From: Macrostomum lignano
Taxonomy: Eukaryota
Assembly: GCA_002269645.1 (NCBI GenBank)
Contig: NIVC01001280.1
Span: 124,001-188,000, forward strand
DNA: 64,000 nt
Direction of reading: 5' to 3'
This document shows, one piece after another, positions 25,741 through 42,981 of this stretch. The notes under the pieces are model-generated. The model did not search any database and was not told the DNA's origin. It worked only from the letters and a program-made list of their open reading frames with translations. The position numbers and the translations under genes were made by a program. Each line of letters opens with the position of its first letter. Position 1 is the first letter of the stretch.

Positions 25741-26114
25741 GAATTGTTTTTCTTTTGCTTCACGATTTTCCCTGAACTGCTCTTTCTTTCGCTTTCCTCT
25801 TGCCTTTCTTGGTTCTTGTGTTTTTCTGTTTTTGGTTGACTCAATTTTGCGACTTACCCCTGGTCAGCCATGATTTACGGTGGCCGGATCGGCCAGGTCG
25901 GCCAGCAGTTGCGCATGTATGTGTACAGCGGCACCCCCGGCGTGTCTAACACACCTTACTCAGAGAGTAACGATTGCATCAAAAAGACGTGCACAGGTGT
26001 GATAATGCTACAAATTGCTCTATATTTGTTGTGAGTTATTACACTCGTAGAGTAGGCAGCTTAGGAAGGCGAAGCATAAGTTGTAGCATCCACAATCCTT
26101 CTATCTTCTATCTA

Positions 26115-26157
26115 ATCCAATCCATCCATCCATCCATCCATCCATCCAATCCAATCC
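26115..26157. repeat. (CCAT)n microsatellite
   Basis: ATCCAATCCATCCATCCATCCATCCATCCATCCAATCC. Confidence 0.9.
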
Positions 26158-27234
26158 ACCAAATATACTAAATGTCTAAGATTTGTTTGTATGCTTGAAT
26201 GTCCATAACGCTCTAGAGATTGCAATTCTTCACCGATTTTGATCGCGTTTTCGCCAAAAGATTTGTAATCAGCACTACAAGCTCGTAGGGTCAAATCTTT
26301 CAGATCCATCAGCCTCACCTATTGTTTGGTCAAGCTATAACAGACTGGTGCTTTGGTGCCTACTACTGTCAGTGGAACTGGAGAACAGGGCCAGTCACTC
26401 CACCAAAAGCACACTGAATGTCTTAGTTAAAATATCTGAAATTTCTTAAGTTATTAAATTATTAAATTAATTTTGTTTTTATTATTTTTCAAAAGGGCTC
26501 AGCTGCAATGCCCGTCCACCATCCTGCCCTGGCGGAGATTTCCAACTTGCGAGCAACGTGAACCGGGCCGATAGCTACTGCCCCCGGCCTCTACAGGACG
26601 TCCTGCTGATCACCAGGACCCATTTAGGCGGGCCCAGGCGCGAACCCATCGATACGTGGACTGCCTGCTGTGCGACGCAGCTGATTCCGATGCTGGTGAG
26701 GCGGACTCGCTCGCATTCGCCCGCGCTGCGTCGCGCCATCTGCGCACCCTAACCGCAGAGTTAAATTTTCTGGGTATTTTGTTGCCGTTTTTTGTTTTTT
26801 AATTTAATAGCGCATAAAATACGCTTTTTAGATTTTTGATTTTTGATTTTGATTTTGATTTCGGAAAACGTTTTCGAGGGTGCTTTATTTTAGTCGGACT
26901 CAAAAAAGCGGAAAGCAGAGTTTTTTGGAGAAACTGGGTACTCGAGCTCCTCATAGAGCTTATAGAATCATTAATTTATTATGCTGCTCCCAAAGTAATT
27001 TCAATTCGCCACAGCAGAGGGGAATTCAGTACTATAGGCTTTGACAAAACTTAACGAGAGTCGTTGACAAAGTCTAAAAAATATATACTAGGATTTCAAA
27101 TAAACGCAAATAAGCAAATATGCGATTAGTAGCAGTCATCCGCCACATGACAGTTTCTCCGAAAACCGAGGGTAAAGTGGTGTAGTCTAGGTCATTTTGA
27201 CTAGTAAATAAAATCAAACGAAGTGAATACGAAC

Positions 27235-27591
27235 CTGAACCCAGGCTTCAACATCGGGGAACAGAGCCAGCTTGGCAGGGAATATCTCGGACATCAGTAG
27301 AGTGATGCAGCTTTTGCCAGCTGCCGCCAAGCGCTCCTCCAGACGCTGCACTACCCTGACCGAGCCCTGCCGCCCGAGACTGCCCTGGATGATCCCAAAA
27401 GTGCATGCACTTTTGGCAGCCTCGATGGCGGCTTGACGATTTCGCAGAACCTCGTCATGAGCAAAGCGTTCGCATGTGAGTCGCTTATCGTAAGGATTGT
27501 ACTGATAGGCCGGTAGGTGAGGGTTGGCTAGCATGGCAGACTCCAGGTGGAAGCGACCGTCCCCGATGAACAGAATGGCATCTACTGTGTC
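27235..27591 (-). CDS. DPH1: DPH1 exon 3
   Basis: DTVDAILFIGDGRFHLESAMLANP...FGIIQGSLGRQGS...LLMSEIFPAKLALFPDVEAWVQ; GT donor at 27234. Confidence 0.93.
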
Positions 27592-27717
27592 CTGTGTTGT
27601 TAGTAGGGGGTTTTGGCGGATCATTAACTGGCTGACTTTACGAAAAGCTGCTATAATTTGCATAAGTAAGCAGTAAACGGTAAGAAACAGTGAAGATAAC
27701 AAAACGGTGTAAATCAC

Positions 27718-28294
27718 CTGCAGTCGCGGAGCGGTGCACCCTAGAACCTCCCCAGGCGACAGCGGTTTGCACTGCGGCACGATAACCGAGAATCCTGAGT
27801 CTTCGAGCTGCTTTTTCAGACTCTGCAAGCTGGCAACAAACTGCACGATGCCCAGCAGAGCTAGGCGAGTCTGGCTGGACAGATTAGTCCGCACGCTATC
27901 AAGGAGATGTTGTGTGTCGAAGGCGATGTCGACAAACACGTACAGCATCTTCACACTGGCAGTCTGGTCAATTGGCACCAGGCAGCTGTGGCCATAGTGC
28001 ACCAGCAGCTGACAGCCAAGAAGCACGGCTGTATAGTCGTCCACACAGCACGCGCCGTAGGCGACATCGCCGAGCAATACGCAGTCGACGTTGCAGGCTG
28101 AGTGAAGCGCATCCGCGATTGTGCAGGCAAACATCTGTAGACCTTCTGGAAACTGCAGGGCTATACGGTTGGCTGCGCACTGCCGGATGCGCCAGGCAGT
28201 TTTATGAAGTTCAAAATTGTAGTTGCTGGGCAGGATGTCCAGCGCAGCTTGTAATGCAGGACTGTCGGCAATGTCTTGTGGCAGCTGCGGCCCA
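27718..28294 (-). CDS. DPH1: DPH1 exon 2
   Basis: LPSNYNFELHKTAWRI..ALQFPEGL..GDVAYGACCVDD..HYGHSCLVPI..EVLGCTAPRL; TTTTCTGCAG acceptor; GTGATT donor at 27717. Confidence 0.93.
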
Positions 28295-28400
28295 CTGCAG
28301 AAAAATCGCTTCATTGGTATCACAGAATCATGCAATGAATCACAATGAATTAAGAAGTGTTGAGTTGTAGATATACTGAGTACGAGTATGTACTTCGCAC

Positions 28401-28441
28401 GAGAAAATGCGCTTGAAAATAGCAGCTGCAGCTGAGCTCAT
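28401..28441 (-). CDS. DPH1: Probable DPH1 first coding exon (MSSAAAAIFKRIF-S)
   Basis: ATG at 28441; a phase-2 GTGCGA donor fits the phase-2 acceptor at 28295 and gives 441 aa in total. An in-frame ATG just upstream of that acceptor (MKRFF) is an alternative start. Confidence 0.5.
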
Positions 28442-29004
28442 ATAGATTAGCTCAAAGAACATAACATTTCTTTTATAACTAGGCAGGCAACAAGTTAGAA
28501 GGTGAGTTTGCAATGTAGACAAGTATTAAGTAAAAAACTGCCAAGTCAAACTAAATTCAGCATTACGAGTAAAAGCTATGAGGAAATGGGAAGTCGGTGG
28601 ATTCTACCTCAATAGTGGCAACACCTAAAGATGGTTTTAGCCTTTTAACCTGCACTGCCTTAGATAATAAACACAACTGCAAAAATACAAATGGATAACT
28701 TCTAGTGCTAGAATTCATGGCATTTGTATAATTGATATCTAGAGAGGAATCTACTTTATCTGGAAAACTAAAACTACAAGCTATTTATGCTATTTAACTT
28801 ATAGGTATACTCATAATAGTCAGTTTGACAAGATAAAAATTGAATCTTCAGTTAAATTAAAAGGTAATAAATAGCAATCATCTACTGTGTTGTTGGCTAG
28901 CCTAATCATCACTCTTTAGCTTAGCATCGCCCAGTTTCCCAGACCCTGCATAATTAAGCTAGCAAATGCATTCAATGGAACTGCCAACTGGATGGCAAGC
29001 TCAA

Positions 29005-29480
29005 CCACTTCTGTGTGGGATACAAGGCAGTCAACGCACATCATGAGTTATAGCAGCTGATGGGCCCATATGCACCCTCTAAGTCCTTGATGTACAAGCG
29101 GTTCTATGAGTTCTTCTAGGAGAACTATGAGTTCTAAGACAAGTCAAGGTCAGGCCAACCCCCTGCTGATGATGGTGATGCTGTTCTCCAAGCCCTTGAG
29201 GACAATCGGAACTACAGCATGCAAAAGCTGTCAACTGCTACTGGGGTGTCCTATGGCACAGTCCAGTGGAGCCTGCATGCTGCGGATAAGGTGCCAAAGA
29301 AGCCAACTCTGGTGCCTCATGAGTTGACACCTTAGTAGCTGAGAGCCAGGGTGGATGTGGTGACTAAGGTGACTTCAAATTTTTGTCAGGCCAGTTTGCC
29401 ATACTTTCTCTCAAGTTGATGATTGCTTAAGACGAGAAGTGGGTCTGCTATGAGAACCCAAGAATATCAGCCATCTAGGT
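29005..29480 (+). mobile_element. Mariner transposase fossil (N-terminal HTH region to first catalytic D)
   Basis: GYKAVNAHHEL*QLMGPYAPSKSLMYKRF..DKSRSGQP..GVSYGTVQWSLH..LVPHELTP**LRAR..DEKWVCYENP matches mariner SGRP, WVPHEL and DEKW motifs; several stops and a frameshift. Confidence 0.88.
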
Positions 29481-31132
29481 TAATGTTTCTAAAGGACTAA
29501 CATATACAATGTTGGGCACCATTGATAAAAAATCTTAACTTTGTTAACGGCAAAGTACCAGCATTAAAACAAATGTAATATATTAACTATATGTTAATCT
29601 ATTAACATTAATATACAAAATATAAGAATTTTGCTCCTCTTTCTAAAATAGATATTTTTTTATCTTTTTAGCCAATACAGAGAGGTCATCCAAGTGATTG
29701 AATTATACAAAGAATAACAAATAATAAATAAAAACATATCTGTAAAATACTACTAAAAGGAAGCATAAAGTAAAAGAAATAACTAATTTATTGGCAGTCT
29801 GAAAGCTAATTAATGCATATTTTACCTTTTTACTATAGTATACATTTGTATTCTCTTTTGTAACAGTGTTTTGCTTCTGCTTTTAAAGACTATTCTACTG
29901 CTAGTACCAACATTGTCACAAGGCTAACTTTTAGGATATTTGATCTCAAAATTACCACCAAGTTGTTACAGTGCTCTTCTTCCTTTTATAAATATCCCCA
30001 CTATTAGGCCACCAGCTGTGGTAGGTGTACAGTTTCTCCCTTTACTTATAATCTTATGGTTGCACTCTACTTCCTCTAGTAGCTTTCAGGAAATGTTCTG
30101 GTAGTGGTTCTAGTAGCATTCTAGTATAACTGGCCTAAGCAGTCTTAGGAATTCTGGTAGCAGTTTAATATCCATTTCTAGTCCTGGTGTTACCTAGATT
30201 AGAAGGTCACAGCACAATTAGTAATATCCTTTTGCATGAATCTCTAACTCCCTCTCTTCGTAAGTTTCTAAGCACTTCAAATCTTTTAGTCTAACATAAA
30301 AAACTCATTAAGTATTCAATATTTCTAAGTAGGTTTTGAGTCCAAGAACAAAGTAAAATATTGTTTGTGGCATTGGGAATAAGTCTAGTTGTTAGTCCTA
30401 AATTCAGCTCATATATACATGGTTCTAGGGGGTTCATGTATAACAAAAATTATTTTGCAAAAATATTTTGCTTTAAAAAAATATAAAATGGTTTTTCTTT
30501 TTCATGCAAATTCAACTTGGCTACTATTTACCTAATTTTTGTGTGCAGAAATACTTTTTTTGTATAAAAGAATAGACATACTATACCTTTTTGCAATATA
30601 GTTTGCCAAAACTGCAATCAATTTTGCAAATGGAAAAAAATCATTTATAATTTTGCTGTCTAGACCAAGTCTGCTCAGTCATGACCAAAGTTTTAGCCAC
30701 AGACAACTCTTTGAAAACTGTAATCAATTTTTCCAAAACTGCAACCTAGTTTGCCCATAGCAAGCCAAGAAGAATTTTTATTGAGAATCAATTTGGAAGT
30801 ATGATTAAATAAACTGTAACAGTGAACAATAAACAGCGAGTTTATAATGGTAGACATAGGCACAAATGCTCTCAATCATAGCATTGTTAAGGGACCTCTG
30901 CTTGGTACCTCCGCAAGGCAAAGGCTTGGGGGGCAAATGGCAACTTAAACCGAGGGACTCTGTGACATCCGCCAGCTTTTCGCTTTTCGAGGAGGCTTTT
31001 CCCCCTCCTTTTTCGCTCTGGCCTGGCGCGGAAGCGGTTGGCTTCCTTGTCTTGGTCTGCTAGTGGAGGACGGACCCCCCCTGCTGCTTTTTTGCAGGGC
31101 AGGTGGCTGCTAAGTAGTTGGCCGCTGGCTAA

Positions 31133-36218
<5,086 letters not shown>

Positions 36219-38233
36219 TCCTTGTGCTCTTTTACCTTGGGGTTGCGATAGGGGCCTCGCGGCCTATTTGCGGCGCCTGCGCCCCCCGTCAGTAGTAAGT
36301 AAGTAAGTAAGGCAAAGGCTCTATACAACCATTTGCATTGAATTGTCCAACTATGTAAGTCACGGTTCTTTATGAGATGCCTAACAGCCTACCAAAATCT
36401 TGCTAGTCCTCTTTATCCTGATATGCTTGAATCAATCGCTGCCTGTCCTTTGCTGAAATCCTATTATAAGGTCCACACTAGGCCATTCTTTGATCTTGCT
36501 ATGTATGTCTATAGTGTTTTCTTTGCTATGGGTAAACTAGGTTGCAGTTTTGGCAAAATTGATTGCAGTTTTTAAAGAGTTATCTATGGCTAAAATTCTA
36601 GTCATGACTAAGCAAACTTGGCCTAGATAGCAAAATTATAAGTGATACTTTTCTGTGGGCAAAATTGATTGTAGTTTTGGCAAACTAGATCGCAAAAGGT
36701 ATATTAACATTTAAAATAAACAATAATGAATACAGGCTATTACACTTTAAATTATATAACACACTTATAGATATAATAATTTCTTAGACAATAATATATT
36801 TGAATTCTTGGCGATTCTTAGGTTCTATTTGTTCAATTATTTTGACTCTAGAAAAGTACTGTACTCGTATTAACTATTTAAGAATAAATAGCTATTTTTA
36901 AGAGACTTGAGCTTAATCAGGCACTAATTTTATGCTTTAAAACTTGTTATAATGTATTTGACACCAAAAGCTACAATAGTCTATGGCTAAAACATTAACA
37001 AGTAAACAAGTCTTGATAGATAGCCATATTGCAATTATACAGTGACTTAACAGGCATTTTTCTGCACAAAAAATGGCATAAAAAGCTAATTTCTGCATGT
37101 AGATATGCATTTTCTGCATATATTTTCTAGCTTAGCTGGGTGTGGCAGCAATAGTTTGTAGATTACTTTTCAAGAGTCAAAATAATTTAACAAACAAAAC
37201 TTGACAATTGCCAAATTCCTATTTAACTTTTGCTTAAATGTAGTGATTTGAGAAAATATTTCTGTAATACAAAATTTGTAATAAATATTATCTAAAATTA
37301 GAATAAATAGAAGATTACCCTCTAATCCCAGGAATGCCTAGACTGAAAGAAAATCCCTCTACAGGAGTAAAAAAGAAGATTGTCACGATTATTGGCGTAG
37401 CGGCTAGTTCCCACTGGTCAATGCGACCTCGAATCGACCTCATTTTGGCATCTCGTAACGAGTATACTAAATGTTCCGGCGTAACGACCTCGTTGATTCG
37501 ACCTCGTGACAGAGTCATAAAAACGAGGTGAAAACGAGATCGCGTATATTTAGTACTGTACATAGATTTAAATACGGAATTGCAATTAAACTTGCTTTTT
37601 GGCTGCATGGACGCATTTTTAAATAACCAATGATGAGAAAACAACTAGCTGATATGCAATTGAAACGTACAATTTATATCGAACAGCATTATAATATTTT
37701 AGGGGGATTGTCTGCACTTTATTTGATATATTTGTTTTTCTAAAAAACGTTAAACACTGGCCGACAAGCAATCGAAACACACGAAAAGAAAACGAATGCA
37801 AAGCGGAAAAGAATAAGAAACAAAAAATAAAGGATGAAACAAAAAATCGTACATGCAACAAAAACGGAATTTTATTCTGCTTTTAAAAAATAGGAAAAGT
37901 AACATGAGAAAATTTTTACAGTTATCTGTTTCCCCTGGTGATCTTACCACTACTATAACAACTTCGAGCGTATGTTACATGTAGTTATTATCTCTTATAT
38001 TTCACAAGTTTGACCCATTCTTATGCTTTGCTAGTTTTCCCTCGTAACCGATTGTCGACAGCAAAATTGTTTTTGCTTTTCATATCCCAGTTTTTCTTTA
38101 ATATAATTTGCTTGTACCATAGTTTGCATAATACTCAAGAAACAAGAAAAACAAGGAAAGCAAAACAAAAAATGTGCTGAGTAAGAAATTCATGAACTGT
38201 TTCATAGATGGCGTGCGTCGTACAGCATCAAAA

Positions 38234-40143
38234 TTAGGTCTCCCTTTGCCTTGCCACTCTCTTGTGAAGTGGTTCAAAATCTTCATCCTCGCTGTCGCAG
38301 TCGGCAGAATCGCGTCCCTCGGTTTGGCTTTCCTCATTGCCGTCAGGCTGAGGGTTTAAGCGCGTTAGGGCTTTACAACGCTGGCCAACATCCTGCAGAT
38401 AGCGACTAATGCGCCGGGTGACCTCAGCCGACGTGACTGGCGGCTTGCACGTGGCCATTGCTTCTGGAAAAAAAGATTAAATTTGCATACTTAAAATACC
38501 ATCAATAGGCCAATATATTAGAGCTAACATCTGAATAAAGCTATATTGCGTAAGTAGATAGGCATAATAGCTGAAAATAACTGATATGACCCTGAAGTTA
38601 TGAAAGTTTCTAAACAACAACTGCAGCATACTGTATAGTATTTAGTCTGATAACGCACTGCATTGGTATACGATCTAATTTCCTTCCCTTTACGATAAAT
38701 TTTGGTTCTCTACAGTAATTAATTCTATTCTCCTATATTTTATGTAGGAATTAAGAAAACTTAGTAAATTTACTCTTGTTTTAAAAACAATAGCCACTAC
38801 TAAATAATAAATCGGATTATGATTCTCCTGCAAAACTACGCTTCACAGAGTATGTGACTTACCGCTGATAATGGGCTCAATAGATTCACGAAACGATATC
38901 TTCGATCTCGGCCGCCCCTGCTGGCTGTAATCCTTCCCAGTCAAATTAAACTGGCGTTGAAAATCAGTTGCCAGTAGTGCATCCACCATTGACGTAATCA
39001 TTCTGTCAACTGACTGGCCGCCCAGCCGGCGGAGATAAGCAACCTACAATGATGTCAATGACATCAGACTTAGGTAAAAATGCAATCAGAAGCACCTGCT
39101 TCAAATATTATAGTTATTTGATTAAATCAAAAATATCCACTAAGTCTTAGCTTTTGACTTTGAAATTGTTGACCATGACATTCGATATGCGAAGTATACA
39201 GGATAGGGAAATTACTCAATCCAAACATGCCATAAATGATTGTCTGTATAATATGCACTCAGAAAAATAAACATGCGGTCAGACTCACAATACTTTGTCG
39301 GAAATTTTTCTCCTTGACGCGGTTCGAGAAAGCGGCGTATTCTTCACGGTCCTTGATAGGAAGGCCCAAATCAATTGCCGTGTTGGTGTTGGCCATTGAC
39401 GCAGCAGGTCTGATTTCTGCAATCGTTTGTTTTAGTTTAGTCACTTCCGTAAGGACAAGGAGCAGCAGATGAGTATGACCGTCCGGAGAGAAGGGGTCAA
39501 TACCCTGCGCCTGTAGCGACTGAATGTACGGTCGTAGATTTGACTGAAACCTTCCACCACCGCGGGGCTGAGGGGCAAACGATGCTGATGCATGACTAAC
39601 CAAATTCGTAGACACGCCTGTCGAAACAACAGTAGTCTCAACCGCTGACTCATTCGAAATTGTACGTGTAGTTAATGGTGCATTTTTGGCAGGCATTGAT
39701 GGCAGCTGAATCTCTTGCTGTTGTTGATGCTGTGCAGGTAAAGCCTTCACTCGTACTGCTGCAGCATCTAAATCTGCATCGGTTTGCTCATCTTCGGTAG
39801 TTAGGTTTCTCATAGGCGGCACGTGATCCCGACCGGACTTAAAACGGCGAAAGAACGTCAGGATTTTGGCCAACGAGAAGTTTTTTTTGTAGCGAAGATC
39901 CTTTGCCTTTTTAAATGTCTCATTTAGATCGGTAATAGATGTAGCCACTTGGACTACAATGCCTGTACTTGATCCATTTTCGTCCTGCAAGTCAACAGCG
40001 ACTTCTGCGTACCCAGTGTCCATCCAGTCTTCCTCTGTCCAATTGCGGTGCGGCAAATCTATGAAATCACCAGCAATTACGCGGAATTGATTAAAAGTCC
40101 GAAAAAACAGCATAAATGCAGTTGACTCGCCTGCTTGCGACAT
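38234..40143 (-). CDS. Transposon accessory protein, DUF4806/BEN-like; exons 40143-39289, 39043-38863, 38463-38234
   Basis: All splice sites are GT-AG with matching phases (0, 1). The spliced product contains LPIKDREEYAAF..SIVAYLRRLGGQSV..FNLTGK..KISF..EVTRRISRYLQD, typical of these transposon-associated DNA-binding proteins. Confidence 0.75.
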
Positions 40144-40615
40144 TTCTGCAATTTTAAACAAATGGACTGGCTATTTAATTAGTTTTGAGAAAATTATCAG
40201 AATTTTAGCATTTGTTCAATAATTTTACTTTTAGTAAGCGATCCTCGGTAAAGGAATTTGGCAGGCGAACAAGTTCTAGGCAGTATTCTAGCTCCCCATA
40301 GTCGATACAAGCTAACTAGATATAAAAAGAAAGTATAGGGCAGCATGCAGATTGGGTGGACTAGTAATTTAAAATAACGGCGGTTCATTATCTAAAAATA
40401 TGAACAAAACTTGAAGATTACAAGCAGTTAAGTATCTTTTTATACTTATAATATCCAAAGTGCAAATAAAAAATAAAGAAGTTAAAGTCAAACTGGAGCT
40501 CATTCTTCAAGAGCATTAATTAAAAGTCCCAATGTTTACACAAGCCAATAATGCATAAGACTTTTGTGAGAATTTAAACCGTAAAACACGAAACAAAGAC
40601 GCAAAATACCGATAC

Positions 40616-40997
40616 ACTTCGGGTGTGTCATAAGAAATGTCACTGAGTGATGTGAAAACAGACAAACTTACAACCGCAGATGAACAAAACCGTATCAATC
40701 AACAACACAGTGTCCCCCCAATATCAATCGACCCCTGGCAGTGCTCATACAGCTTCTCCACCTCAGCCTTCCTCCAGTTTTTCCTCCAGCTGCCGGAACC
40801 AGTGCAACACGGCCTGTTGACATCTTCATACTTTGCGAAAACTCCTTTTGGAAAAGTCCATGCGAATCTGCTTGGCGCAGGCGTCTTGCTGAGATTTATG
40901 GTGAATTATACGTTGCAGCTGGACCACCCTTAAGTGCATATGCCTACATACTTTAGACAGAAGGATGCAGTGGCATTACTTATGACACACCCGAAGT
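40616..40997 (-). mobile_element. Internally deleted Tc1/mariner-like element (382 bp) nested in the EnSpm-like transposon
   Basis: Perfect 19-bp TIR ACTTCGGGTGTGTCATAAG; the minus strand has EKLYEHCQGSIDIGGH, resembling a Tc1/mariner transposase C-terminus. Confidence 0.7.
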
Positions 40998-41017
40998 AGA
41001 ATGGAGTCAAAATAGGA

Positions 41018-42981
41018 TTAGGATGGCGAAAAGAGAGCCAAATCAGGATTGGCGAGAGGAATAACGAAATACTCATTGCTCTCACGTGGTATCAGAATAC
41101 ATTTGGACTTTGCCGTGGCATCATAAACGCTATTGTTTGTCAGTTTATATATACCAATGCCTATTGATGAAGAGCTATATGGAAAAGAGTACATGTCTCT
41201 AACAAATTGAATAATTTTACCAATAACTTTTGTGCGCCCATACTCGATAGATAGAGCTGAAATAGCAAGTACATGACCACATTGAGTAATACAACAATTG
41301 TCCGGCGACGCGCAGGAAAAGTATAGCGGGCGAGAAGTAGTAGTAACAAAAGCGTTTCGAATGTGAGACATAGTATTTATGGTGTGCATGAAAATATTTG
41401 ATGTGCACCTTAAGCGACGCTTCAAAACTCCGTTGTAGTTTTCGAAAAAAATGCAGACCACTGATCCAATGGACCGAGTGATTCTACAAAATGAGGCATG
41501 TGGGATAACAGATGCGCATTAAAAGATTGCAGAGCACCTTTGTATAATCCTGGAGCTCTCTGGCAAAAAAGTGTAATACAAGAAGATGCTTGATGAAACA
41601 GAGAAGTAGAAAGCTCTTGTGAAACAAAGCAAAAGATTGCTACATGCAATAGCATCAGGTGGTCAAAATAAGGAGCTGGTAGAAACTTACGAAACAAAAC
41701 GGGAGCAAGGTACACAATTAAAGTCCTAAACTCACACGCCTTGAAGTGCTCGAATTCGTCGAGGCTTCTGAGCTTTCTGTGAAACTCACGGGGCAAGCAC
41801 TTAGAAACTTGAATCATTAGCTGCGAAAGATGAATTCTCTGAACAGCAGACAATCGGCACGGTAACTTAATACCCTTAATAGAAGAAACATATAAAGAAA
41901 ACAAACGCTTCACAACACTTAGACACACCGAATGCATGTATTCAGGGGGGAGATCTTCCACGAAATTGACAATGCCGAGTAATGGAGAAGATACAAGTTG
42001 GTTACTTTCACGCATGGACATGTAAGCGTCGTTGGTACGTGGCTCATATTGATTATAAGGAAAGCACATACGGTTTTCAATACGAGAGCCTTCAATTTTG
42101 CAATATCCACATGCGAGTCTAGCCGAATGGCTGTAAATTCCTTGAATGAACGCACGGGCAGGTGCGTCAGCAATAATAATGCAGCGTTCGATTTTTATAG
42201 CTTTATTAGCAATGGAAACGTAAGTTTCCATTAAAGAGCGCAACTCTTGAGCAAAACTCTCAAGATACGTACTCAATGGTGGCCTGTTGGTGCCGCAAAA
42301 AACTCCGATTGGTAAAGGGACAGATAAATCAACACCTTTAATGGCAAGCAAAATGGGCCATAGACACATTTTCGAGCTCTTGTACACGGGAACCCCATCA
42401 AAGTTGACTAATATTGTCAACTTCTGGAAGTGATCATTGAGCTTTAAAAGCTGGCGTTCGAAGCAAAAACGAATATTGTTCATAATACCGAAGTAGGCGA
42501 ATTGGCCACCACATGCGACAGATAAAAGGTCATGTGAAATAGGTTGACAATAGCGTTTCAAAGTGCTGACCGACTTCGGTACATTGCAACCCTCCTCGTT
42601 CAGAATTACTAAAAGGTGTTGCATAGCTCTTTTGCTAACAGAAAATATCAGCATGAAAGTCAGAAGCTTCGCCGGCAGCGAAGGGCGGCTTGTTTGCGGA
42701 TTGCTTGTTGCAGAACCTGACTCGTCATCGCTTGTATCAGAAGATTCACCACTACTTTCGTGCGAGTAGCAATATGGGATTTCCGAATTGTCTTCACCAG
42801 CATCTGGAGCCAGGTCTTTCCACACGTGCGGATTCGCAAACTCTTCAGCTTCAGAAAGTTGAAATGAAGCAGAAACTTCAGACAAACTCTCATCCTCTAC
42901 ACAATTAGCAGTGCTGTCTGCTGACATCAGAGTCAACAGATATTCACGGATGTAGCGATTTGCTGTTTGTCTAGAAGCCAT
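41018..42981 (-). CDS. EnSpm/CACTA-type DDE transposase with one frameshift at a T7 run (about 41445)
   Basis: NFDGVPVYKSS..LWPI, IADAPARAFIQG..H...ACGYC, EYMHSVCL, FKACEFR, FNAHLLSH, WSAF(F)FENYNGVLK motifs. Confidence 0.9.

Larger units (their letters stand above)
23753..25921. mobile_element. Non-autonomous hAT-type DNA transposon in the large DPH1 intron
   Basis: Perfect 15-bp TIR CATACATGCGCAACT (23753-23767 and 25907-25921) flanked by a perfect 8-bp TSD TGTACAGC (23745-23752 and 25922-25929). Confidence 0.9.

Noticed and set aside
26500-26760. GC-rich island in the DPH1 intron with short open frames
   Set aside because: No recognisable motif or consistent splice sites; cannot be assigned.
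27214-28335. Single 373-aa uninterrupted DPH1 ORF
   Set aside because: It reads through a 126-nt intron and lacks the essential CPRLS exon, which lies 3.9 kb downstream.
28329-28340. Minus-strand ATTCATTGCATG, resembling the end of a flatworm spliced leader as I recall it
   Set aside because: Short match to a sequence recalled from memory; no upstream leader similarity or Sm site; DPH1 has introns, so it is not a retrocopy.
41436-41455. Programmed -1 ribosomal frameshift in the transposase
   Set aside because: The T run is not phased as a canonical X XXY YYZ site; a simple deletion or assembly error is more parsimonious.
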